Below, in pieces: positions 30,230 through 43,526 of a stretch of 64,000 bases of DNA. The DNA is from the human T2T-CHM13v2.0 reference genome, Homo sapiens, in contig CP068257.2 of NCBI GenBank assembly GCA_009914755.4, forward strand, positions 18,816,001 to 18,880,000. The letters are read 5' to 3'. Made by a program: the position numbers and the translations under genes. The notes under the pieces are model-generated. The model made no database searches. It worked only from the letters and a program-made list of their open reading frames with translations, and was not told the origin of the DNA. Within the stretch, counting starts at the first letter, position 1. Every line of letters starts with the position of its first letter.

Positions 30230-30299
30230 TAGATTAAGCACAAACCAATAAAATCTCTAGGGAAAAATGTTTATTGGAAACTACAACCTGAATTCTAAA

Positions 30300-30560
30300 A
30301 TATAGAAGACAAGGTGAACTGGAATAGCTCAATACTCCAATCAATTTCTCTGAAAAAGAAGAAAAAAGTTAAAGCAGCCACAGTACCTGATATCAATACT
30401 CATACATAAAACTACGAAAATCAAGATAGCATGGTATAGATGAAAGGACAATGAAACAGAACAGAGTATAGAAATAGACCCACATATGTAAGTCCTTAGT
30501 AAGAGGCCACAGAGTCCTTTTAGCACTAAAATAAATTATTGCAAAATAGTACACAGTTGA
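30300..30560 (+). mobile_element. Probable ancient L1 ORF2 fragment (L1M-type), sense strand
   Basis: 'gaaaaagaagaaaaaagttaaagcagccacagtacctgatatcaatactcatacataaaactacgaaaatcaagatagcatggtatagatgaaaggacaatgaaacagaacagagtatagaaatagacccacatatgtaag' parallels the L1 ORF2 stretch '...aaagaacaaagctggaggcatcacactacctgacttcaaactatactacaaggctacagtaaccaaaacagcatggtactggtaccaaaacagagatatagatcaatggaacagaacagagccctcagaaataatgccgcatatctac'. It is strongly diverged. Confidence 0.45.
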
Positions 30561-32399
30561 TCAAAACTAAACAAATATTCTGTAGGTTTTCATTGTATTA
30601 AGTCTTAAAATAATATATTTAATTGAAAACACAGCTTCTAATGAGACAGGAATATCTCTAGTTTTTCCAATCATTACTTTTATCTATGGATGAATGTTAT
30701 TTATTTTCAGAATGAGACAAAATTTCAGTATTCTACTTCTCCCCACCCTTTTTAAAAACAACTCTAAGCACTTAATAAGTTGCTTTCATAAATAAATAAG
30801 TAGAAAGAAATGGAACAGACTTTTCATAACAATATAACATGTTTATTCTACGTTTTCCTAAATTATATCCAAAACTTACTACAATTTAATATAAAAATGT
30901 TTATTAGTAAATAATTAGATTAAGTTTTTTTAATTTTACTAAAATTATGATTTAGAAATAGCCTAAATTGAAAACGGATTTGATTAGTTCAATTCTTCCT
31001 TGTAAATATATCATTGACAGGAATTATCACATTTTTTAGAATTTTACACTGTAGGGCAGAATAACATTATAAATATGGGTAAAATATGTCATTCCCTTGA
31101 AAATCAGAACAAAAGTGGTCCTTTGTAAAGGATGCCTGAGTAAGGGATACTGGCATAGCCACTAGCCTATGGACCTTTTCTGATGCACATCAACTTTAGA
31201 AAATTGGACATTTAAATGTCCCAGTTTAAGACTATTGCTCTAAAGTAGAGTAGAGGGAAAACACTGTATCTACTCAGCATATAATGCTTTGATTTCCTCT
31301 GATTATAAAATATCCTGAGAAGACCCATTAATCAGTCATATATCTGCTGAAGCTCTTAAATGTCTTTAGTCCTTTAGGACACTCGAGTTTATAATTAAAA
31401 ACGAATTATGAAATCAAGATAATTACAAAATCATACCTTTAACAACATATTACAATTAATTCCAAAAAGAAAAAAAATCTACTTCAATTTGCCAAGAACC
31501 AATTAATATTAAATGCAGCATTACTTCTACCATTGTAACTTTAATTTGAGTATAAAAAAGAATAAGGACAATGAAAACATATTTTTGTCTTTCCTTCCTT
31601 ACTTCTCTCTTTTTTACCAAATGAAGGAAATAAATATATGAGAATGACATATACATTCACACATACACACAAAGGCACATTTATACATATATATTTGTCT
31701 ACTTACAAACCCACAAAGAAGCACACAAACACAAATTTACATATGACTAAAGTCAATTTAATTAGCTCCAAAGGAATGTTAATGTAGAAAGGAGTGAGGA
31801 AGAAAAGTCACCTAGATTGAGGAGATATTTCTACCAGAGGGACTTATGTCTTCTCTGCTCCTTCCTTCACTCAGTACTATGTATGTGAGAATCATAGAAA
31901 TAAAGGTGTCAGCATTTTGCTTATACTTTTTACTGTTACTATTGTTATTTTATGGTTTTCTTTTTCTTTTTTCTTTAAACATTTGTTTATCTGGGAAACA
32001 TTCTAATTTTCTTGATTATATCTTCCCTAATGGATTCAGTGACCTAGTCCAGGGTCCTCAATGATGTCCAGGAGAGTTTTACCAGTAGCAGACCTGAGAC
32101 ATAGATTCCAGTGAAAGTTACAAATTAAGGAAGTATACCCTGAAGAAAGCATTAAATGTATCAAAAAAACAAAATGGAAAATAGTAAGAACAAGCTAGAG
32201 TGGGAATTTTCTAGGAAGGATCGCACATTCACTCTGATCTTGCTGGACGATCTAGAGTCCAAATTATACCCAATTGTCTCTCCTTGAGTCAAAGGAGTTG
32301 GATAGGGCCAAATCTCTAATAGTCATAGGTGCCACCTCTGAGCAGCAAAACGAACAAGACCTGGGGGATGAGTACAGAGAGTTGGTAAAGAGATCTGAA

Positions 32400-32552
32400 T
32401 TAGCTGGGTGTGATGGCACGTGCCTGTAATCCCAGCTTGGGAGGCTGAGGCAGGAGAATCGCTTGAACCTGGGAGGTGGAGGTGGTGGTGAGCCGAGATT
32501 GCGCCCCTGCACCCCAGCCTGGGCAACAGAGAGAGACTCGGTCTCAAAAAAA
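32400..32552 (+). mobile_element. 5'-truncated Alu (right arm only), plus orientation, with a 12-bp target-site duplication
   Basis: It reads 'ttagctgggtgtgatggcacgtgcctgtaatcccagct...gcttgaacctgggaggtggaggt...gcctgggcaacagagagagactcggtctc' plus an A9 tail. The TSD 'aagagatctgaa' lies at 32388-32399 and 32553-32564. Confidence 0.9.
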
Positions 32553-32904
32553 AAGAGATCTGAAGGGGGATTTGAGTGACTTACAGTAGTGTCAGCGCCA
32601 GGGCCTGATATAACTGATATACTCTTTGTACCTATCAAGTGGTCCCATTTATAAATAAAGGGGGAAAAACTTTTTGGGATAGTTGCAAAATAAACATTCT
32701 AGATAATCAAATGTCCCGGTTAGTTATTAATATTTCAAAGGTCTTAAAATAAACTGACACTATAAAATACTGGGAAGTGCCACTGCACTATTATATTTAA
32801 TATTATTATAATGTTGTTGCTATAAATAGTGCAAGAAAATAGTTTTCTTATATTTAAAACTGAAAAATCAGATGAATCTTAACTGTATCAGCATAACCCA
32901 GCAA

Positions 32905-33045
32905 AAGACGGGCACAGTGGCAAGCACCTGTAGTCCCAGCTACTCTGGAGGCTGAGGTGGGATGATTGGGTGAGCCCAGAAGTTTGAGACCAGCTTGGGC
33001 AACATAGCAAGACTCCATCTCAAAAAAACAAAAACAAAAACACAA
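32905..33045 (+). mobile_element. Free Alu monomer (FLAM/FRAM-like), plus orientation
   Basis: It reads 'gggcacagtggcaagcacctgtagtcccagctactctggaggctgaggtgggatgattgggtgagcccagaagtttgagaccagcttgggcaacatagcaagactccatctc' plus an A-rich tail. It is ~130 bp long, the size of a single monomer. Confidence 0.75.
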
Positions 33046-34725
33046 TACACAAAATTATATTGGCATATGTTTTGGGTCCTTTACTAATAAGTATGACAAT
33101 ATGATATCAGAGGAATACCACTCCACATTGTGTGATTTTTCTAGGTTAAAAAGTAGAATGTAGTAACAGAGTTACTTATTGACATCAAGATGTCAGTGAA
33201 CACAAGGAGAAAAAAAGTTTAAGCAATGGTCTCATCTGACAGTCATGAAAATAGCATAATGGGTAAAAGTTAGGAAGTGGTGTTAGATCTGGTGGTTCCA
33301 AATCTTGTGCTGCCACTTACTAGCTAGCTGTGTGACCCTAGACAAGCTAATTCACCTCTAGATGCTTCAGTCTTGTCATCTCTAATTTTGGGATAAACTC
33401 TAACTCCTAAATATAGTTGTTATGAATATTAAATAATTTAATATAGGTATAGTGATCAGAAAAGAGTCTATCAGATAGGACAATTTTTAGCTGTTATTAT
33501 TTTTACTATTATAAGAAACATTGCTAGGCAAAAAACTAAAATTCAAAATGATTTATTCTCATAGCAAAAGTCAGCAAACTTTTCCTCTAAAAGGCCAAAC
33601 CATAAATAAATGTTGATTTTGCTGGCCATATGCGCTTTGTCACAATTATTCGACTTTGCTCTTGTAGCTTCTAAACACTCAAAAATAATATATAAAAGAA
33701 TGGGCGTAGCTGTGTCTCTAAAACAAGCATCATATCCAAACACAAGCAGCAGGCTGGAATCAGCCCATGAGTTGCAGTTCCTTGAATCCTGTCATAAAGT
33801 AACAACTAAAAATTCTTTTTTTTAACCAAAAATAAAATTAAAGAGATTCTGTCTCATTTTATAAATATCATAAATATTTTATGAATATACCAAAGACAAT
33901 CTACTTGATGAATGTCCACCTGAACAATTTATTAATTGTATTCAAGGGAAATCAATTTGAGATTTGACTCAGGAGAGAAAATCAATTGCAAAACTCAAAG
34001 AGAACATACTGGCCCTGGTTCAGGAACAGCAAAGATATAAAATATCTGGGACACCAAACACTGAATATTTTTATTAAGATGGTACATGGCCCATAGGCAA
34101 CATGCCAAGAGAAGCCAACAATAAAATAATCTTTTCCCAATTACAAGATTGAATTGACATTACACTACTTGGTTTAATTGAAAGTCCAATACAATGAGGA
34201 GTGTTATCTTCTTGGATGTTATTATTGCAATAGATAAACGACCTAATCTCAAAGATTTCTAAAATAGCAGAGGATAAAACTTTAAACAGCCTAAAGATGT
34301 TAAAAGAAAAAGTTAAAAAAAAAAAAAACCAACGCTATGTCAGACTTTATATAGAGTATATTTGCTACATGTACATTTGCTACATGTATCATTTGAAACA
34401 CCAAACAGAAATAAGACTTTTTAAAGACTTTTTTTCTGAAATGATTTAAAATCTGTCTACTTTTGCTTACAACTATACTTATATAGTTTATTTTTCACAG
34501 CACTCATTAAACTGACAAAAATGCATACGCACATGCATGTATACACTTACAGATGACCAAAGAGATTAAGTACAACTGGATATATATATATATATATGAT
34601 ACATGCAATGAAATCTGAAGGACACAAATGTAGCTCTAATAACAATTTTATCCTTCATTCACTATGGAATATTGTTTTATCCAAAAGTGACAAACGAAAA
34701 GGTCTTTAAAAATTGTTTTTATTAT

Positions 34726-35076
<351 letters not shown>

Positions 35077-35940
35077 TAAGCACTTTAATTAGAATAATTT
35101 TATATGATTAGTTACTATGTTGGTGGTTGTATTTTTTTGTTATAATTTTTCATTTTGCTCTTCCTGCTTCTTTTTTCATTGGTAACACCATCTATTTTCA
35201 CCCATTTTATGTCCTAATAAGAAAGGTAAATGAAATATTATAAGCAGTTTTTGTATTTAACGTAAAATAATGCATCTGTAATTTTGTAGAATTCAGTCCA
35301 CATTTATTGTAATAACTGATACATGATTTATTTTTCAATTTTTTTCTGTTTTTTTTCATTTTTCTTTTTCCAATTATTTTCTGGAAGCATCAGGGTGCTA
35401 TTAAATCTCTTTTCTTCTTTTTTTATGCATATTTATGGAGATTTTCTTTAATTATTAATCTGTTAAAGTTTACTTTTCCTTTCCTGGTATTCATATTCAA
35501 ATCTATTTTCTCAACTATTATGTGAAGACAAGGTAATTATTTCCCCCTCCAAGGCACTCTCTTCTTCCAATGATTTCTTTAAAATAATTTCACTTCCACA
35601 CATCTCTCCCACCCTCACGAGATTATGCCTCTTCTCAGTCTTTAATATTAGGTCACATTGTAATAATTAATATTTTGAGTCCTTGTTTATTACAAAGATT
35701 TACTTTGAAACGCGTCTCTTGTTGCATCTTTTTAAAGGATTCATGCTAATTTTTGGAAGTCTGTTATTTTGTATATAGATCTATTACACATATACAGCAA
35801 GGCCTGTGCTCATTGTTTTCTTCCCTCTTAATTTTTCCTGTTTTGAATCTGCAGTTCCGATTCACTTACCATTTACTATGGCTTTTTTCTTTAGCATTCC
35901 CTAATTCGGAGGCTGCAAGTAATCCTTGTGGAAGTCTTTC

Positions 35941-36104
35941 ATTTATTTTATTTTATTTTATTTTATTTTATTTTATCTTATCTTATTTTATTTTATTTTA
36001 TTTTATTTTATTTTATTTTATTTTATTTTATTTTATTTTATTTTATTTTATTTTATTTTATTTTATTTTATGTTATTTTATTTTATTTTATTTTATTTTA
36101 TTTT
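35941..36104. repeat. (TTTTA)n pentanucleotide microsatellite, ~33 units. The longest pure run is ~17 units at ~35986-36070. Interruptions are 'atctt' x2 and 'tgtta'. It is the expanded A-tail of the adjacent antisense Alu.
   Basis: Direct reading. The array abuts the Alu at 36101-36390 with no spacer, so on the Alu's own strand it is (TAAAA)n derived from the poly-A tail. ORFs 35753-36326 ([10 protein letters not shown]...) are pure repeat translations. Confidence 0.95.
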
Positions 36105-36390
36105 GAGACGGAGTCCCACTCTGTAGTCCAGATTGGAGCGCAATGTCGCAATCTCGGCTCACTGCAACCTCTGACTCCCGGGTTCCAGTCACTCTCCTGC
36201 CTCAGCCTCCCGAGTATCTGGGATAACAGGCGCCCGCCATCACGCCCAGCTAATTTTTGTATTTTTAGTAGAAATGGGGTTTCGCCATCTTGGCCAGGCT
36301 GGTCTGGAGCTTCTGACCTCAGGTGATCTGCCTGCCACGGCCTCCCAAAGTGCTAGAGATTATTACAGGCATGAGCCACCGTGCCCGGCC
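36101..36390 (-). mobile_element. Alu, minus orientation
   Basis: 'ttttgagacggagtcccactctgtagtccagattggagcgcaatgtcgcaatctcggctcactgcaacctctgactcccgggttccagtcactctcctgcctcagcctcccgagtatctgggataacaggcgcccgccatcacgcccagctaatttttgtatttttagtagaaatggggtttcgccatcttggccaggctggtctggagcttctgacctcaggtgatctgcctgccacggcctcccaaagtgctagagattattacaggcatgagccaccgtgcccggcc'. Confidence 0.95.
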
Positions 36391-39790
<3,400 letters not shown>

Positions 39791-40024
39791 TTACATATTT
39801 GTGAACCATTGTTATTGCCATTGATATAACTTATGTAAAACTTACAGGTATATAAAGACGCATAAAGGAAAGGCAAAAGCACTGATGATTGAGCCCATTT
39901 CAAAGTCTGTCAGAAATTTTTCCTATAGTTTATTTCAGAAGCTAATATTCTTCCCTTTCTCAATACTTGTGATGGACAATTCCTCTTTTTTGTCTGTTCC
40001 ATGTTGACAGCAACTAGATGCAGT

Positions 40025-40379
40025 ATGTATTTGTTTGTTCTCACACTGATAACAAAGACATACCCGAGACTGGGTAATTTTAAAGGAAAGGAATTTAATT
40101 GACTCACAGTTCAGCATGGCTGTGGAGGCCCAGGAAACTTACAATCATAGCAGAAGGGAACGCAAACATGGTAGCAGCAAGGAGGAATGCAAAGCAAAAG
40201 AGGGAAAAACCCCTTATTAAACCAACTGATCTCATGAGAACTCACTCTCATAAGAAAAGAAGCATGGGGACAACCACCTTCATGATTCAATTACCTCTTA
40301 TCAGGTCTCTCTCATGACACGTGGGTATTATGGGAACTACAAGATGAGATTTGGGTGGGGACACAGCCAAACCATATCA
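40025..40379 (-). mobile_element. Solo THE1/MST-type (ERVL-MaLR) LTR, minus orientation
   Basis: 'tgtatttgtttgttctcacactgataacaaagacatacccgagactgggtaattttaaaggaaaggaatttaattgactcacagttcagcatggctgtggaggcccaggaaacttacaatcatagcagaagggaacgcaaacatggtagcagcaagg...ccaactgatctcatgagaactcactctcat...gagatttgggtggggacacagccaaaccatatca' is the reverse complement of the THE1/MST LTR consensus (TG...CA). Confidence 0.85.
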
Positions 40380-40773
40380 TAGTGCATCTTCGGTATTTCC
40401 ATTCCTGGAAGTGGGAGTGTAAACTCTGCCTGTGGAAGCATAAGGGTTCAGTGATCATATTTAACATCTTGATGAAACTGCAGAAGGAAGACACAATAGC
40501 TCATCATGGCCATAATCTTTAGGATTAAGGACAAGAAAGATTTAGCCAGGCTAGTTAAGTGCTTATCGAATTTTTGCTTAAAAAAGTGGACTAGCTACTC
40601 TCTTATGGGATCTTATCCTAAAAGATAAAATTCTGTAATGGATTCTAGCATATTAGAATTCTAGTAGAATCTGATATCTCACTTGAACCCCAAAATTTAC
40701 CTGTTGCAACTTTTGCTTATTTGTAAAGAAGTAGGTATATGTGTTAGATTTGGGAAAAAAAAGGAACCCTGCC

Positions 40774-41142
40774 TGTATTAATCCATTCTCATGCTGCCAT
40801 TAAAGATACACCCAAGTCTGGGTAATTTCTAAAGAAAAGAGGTTTAATTGACTCACAGTTCAACATGGCTGGAGGGGCCTCAGGAAACTTACAATCATGG
40901 CAGAAGGGGAAGCAAATATGTCCTTTTCCACATGGTGGCAGGAAGAAGTGTCAAGCAAAGGGTGAAATGCTCCATGTAAAACCACCAGATCTCATGAGAA
41001 CTCACTCACTATCATGAGAACAGCATGGTTATAACCACCCAGTAATTTAATTATCTCCCACTAAGTGCCTTCCATGACACTTAAGGATTATGGGAACTAC
41101 AATTCTAGATGAGATTTAGGGGGAGACATAGCCAAACCACGT
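40774..41142 (-). mobile_element. Second solo THE1/MST-type LTR, minus orientation
   Basis: 'tgtattaatccattctcatgctgccattaaagatacacccaagtctgggtaatttctaaagaaaagaggtttaattgactcacagttcaacatggctggaggggcctcaggaaacttacaatcatggcagaaggggaagcaaatatgtcc...ccagatctcatgagaactcactcactatcatgagaacagcatgg...gatgagatttagggggagacatagccaaaccacgtca'. Confidence 0.85.
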
Positions 41143-41329
41143 CACTGCCCAACTCAAGCTACCATCTTCCCATGTGTTCTGTCTGGTAATAGTGATTACA
41201 ACAGAGATGATCCTGAATTCAATGGGCTTTATGCTCCCCATGGTCATGCTATTTTGAATGCTAGTATAGTTTTCAAAACAGATGAAATTAGATAAATTAA
41301 GCACCAGAAAATAAATTTTCTTATATTAT

Positions 41330-41685
41330 TATACTTTAAGTTCTAGGGTACATGTGCACAACATGCAGATTTGTTACATATGTACCCATGTGCCATGTTG
41401 GTGTGCTGCACCTATTAACTTGTCATTTACATTAGGTATAACTCCTAATTCTATCCCTCCCCCCTCCCCCAACAGCACAACAGGCCCTGGTTTGTGATGT
41501 TCCCCTTCCTGTGTCCAAGTGTTCTCATTGTTTAATTCCCACCTATGAGTGAGAACATGCAGTGTTTGGTTTTCTGTCCCTGCGATAGTTTGCTGAGAAT
41601 GATGGTTTCCAGTTTCATCCATGTCCTTACAAGGGACATGAACTCATCCTTTTTTATGGCTGCATAGTATTCCATGGTGTATATG
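41330..41685 (-). mobile_element. L1PA-type 3'-terminal fragment (~360 bp), antisense
   Basis: 'tatactttaagttctagggtacatgtgcacaacatgcagatttgttacatatgtacccatgtgccatgttggtgtgctgcacctattaacttgtcatttacattaggtataactcctaat...cccacctatgagtgagaacatgcagtgtttggttttctgtccctgcgatagtttgctgagaatgatggtttccagtttcatccatgtccttacaagggacatgaactcatccttttttatggctgcatagtattccatggtgtatat' is the reverse complement of the young L1 3' end. The related ORF 41374-41622 is L1-derived. Confidence 0.9.
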
Positions 41686-42889
41686 AGGCACTAGAAAAAT
41701 TCTTGGACAAAATTTTATAATGTAACTTCCATAAATGGTATAGAGTTTAGGTAACTAGTTCTTTAGGCACACAGGCTGTTTATGATATGGTAGTTAAAAT
41801 AATTTGCATAACATTGACTATTTTCTATGACTTCTGATTAAAATAAAATAGGTGAAGTAAGACTATTTTCATGACAAGTGGGAAAAGCAAACATGCTTCA
41901 TTGACATTTCATTAACATAATGATTGTTCTCACTCATTCATTAGTTTGTAATTCGAAGTATAAAATAGCAAATACTCTCTAAGCATAAAATGATGGCTGT
42001 GTCATCAAGCATAGAGAAACAATAAGTTTATTGCCTCTAAGTTAAAAAAGCATATTGTTTATGTTTTTAGAAATAGAATTCAAAATATTTAAGGTCTGTA
42101 GTCTTAGAGGATTTAAGACTCTCACATGATATTTAAAGAAAGGAAATACAATCTCATTTAAGAAAAAATACCTTCAACATTTTGAGGCATGTGATTCAGA
42201 AAACAATACCAAGTCTTTCTTTAGTACTCCCATATTAGAGTTGGGCATTTGAAAAATGTATCCATCTATCCACTGTATCATTGATTTTAGAGGTGATTTG
42301 TCACTCTGCAAGGGGTCTTCTCTTGAGTTTGACAGCTTTTGATGAAAATCTGAAATTAGAGAAGAATTACCTGAGCAGAGACAGATGAGCCAAATGACAT
42401 GAGGCACTGAAGATAAGTACCCCAGTCTTGTTCTCAGATTGATGATTTATTTATCAGAATGCACTGGGGAAAGTAAAGTTTATCACAAGTGATTGAGGAA
42501 ACAAGCAAAAAAGATAAAAGACAATAAATAAATAGTGTAAATTGAACACGTTACTCCTGAAATGTCCACTAATACTTAAACAAGATGGAGAAGAAGAACA
42601 ACATTATGAACACACATACAATCACACACACACACATAACAACAACAACAGCACATTATAAGCCATTCTAATGAGAACAAAACAGAATATTTAAGTGTTT
42701 GGTGAAATTGTAGGGTAGACAATAGGTGAAGTGACATGAAATTTGTTAATGAGAAAATAGCTTATTCTGCTAGCAACAAAATAGGGAGCATCCTCTACAG
42801 CACAAATTATTCTCATCAAATTTTAGTAACTTTTAAGTTTAAGTTATGGAAATTATAGATCAAAACCAATAGAAACTACATAGTCGATA

Positions 42890-43100
42890 TTTTACTTCAT
42901 TTGGGCTGCTATAACCAAATACCATAAGCTGTCTGGATTATAAACAACAGAAATGTATTTTTCACAGTTCAGGTGACTGGTAAGTCCAAGATTAAGGTGC
43001 CAGCACATTTGGTATCTAGTGAGTGTATGCTTCCTAATAAATAGCTGTCTTCTCACTGTGTCCTCACATGGTGAAGGGAGCAAAGAAGCACTCTGGGATC
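42890..43100 (-). mobile_element. MaLR LTR 3'-end fragment (MLT1/MST-like), minus orientation
   Basis: 'ttgggctgctataaccaaataccataagctgtctggattataaacaacagaaatgtatttttcacagttcaggtgactggtaagtccaagattaaggtgccagcacatttgg...tcttctcactgtgtcctcacatggtgaagggagcaaag' is the reverse complement of the shared MaLR LTR tail '...tgtgaggacacagcaagaagg...ccagcaccttgatcttggacttcccagcctccagaactgtgagaaataaatgtttgttgtttaagccacccagtctatggtattttgttatagcagcccaa'. Confidence 0.55.
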
Positions 43101-43139
43101 TTTGGTGTTGAATTTTATTGAAAACTTTTTCTGCATCTA

Positions 43140-43305
43140 TTGAGATGATCATATGGTTTATGTTTTTTAACACTGTTTACATAGTAAATCACATTTATTG
43201 ATTTTATGTGTGTGTGCATGATGAATCAACCTTGCATTCCAGGAATAAAGCCTGCTTGATTGTGGTGAATTAACTTTTTGATGTGCTGCTGAATTCAGTT
43301 TGCTA
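43140..43305 (-). mobile_element. L1 ORF2 mid-region fragment (antisense), out of collinear order. It duplicates the L1 interval also present at ~46350-46560 but is diverged from it.
   Basis: 'gaaaactttttctgcatctattgagatgatcatatggtttatgttttttaacactgtttacatag...gatgaatcaaccttgcattccaggaataaagcctgcttgattgtggtgaattaactttttgatgtgctgctgaattcagtttgctagtattttgttgagaaat' parallels 46350-46560 'gaaaactttttctgcatctattgagaagattatatggtttttgttttttaacactgtttatgtgg...(GT)n...gaatgttgaaccaaccttgaatcccaggaataaaaccttgattgtggtgaattgaatgttgatgtgctgctgcattcagcttgctagtattttgttgagaaat'. Confidence 0.75.
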
Positions 43306-43526
43306 GTATTTTGTTGAGAAATAATAACCATTCTGAGATGTGGAGAGATGGTATCTCATTGTGATTTTAAGCATTAGTGATACGAGCTTTTTTTTGTATA
43401 TTTGTTGGCCACTTGTATGAATTCTTTTGAGAAATATCTGTTCATGTCCTTTGCATACTTTTTAATGGGGTTGTTTTTTGCTTATTGAGCTGTTTACATT
43501 TCTTATAGATTTTGAGCATTAGACCT

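Noticed and set aside
35753-36326. Three overlapping ORFs of 117, 66 and 132 aa on the + strand
   Set aside because: They are translations of the (TTTTA)n array ('[10 protein letters not shown]...') running into Alu sequence. This is a pure low-complexity artifact, not coding sequence.
40025-41142. Idea that the two co-oriented solo LTRs 750 bp apart are the two LTRs of one heavily deleted provirus
   Set aside because: The 400 bp between them does not resemble THE1/MST internal sequence, and the two LTRs differ substantially, including a different 5' start. They are more likely separate solo LTRs. A RepeatMasker alignment could still overturn this.
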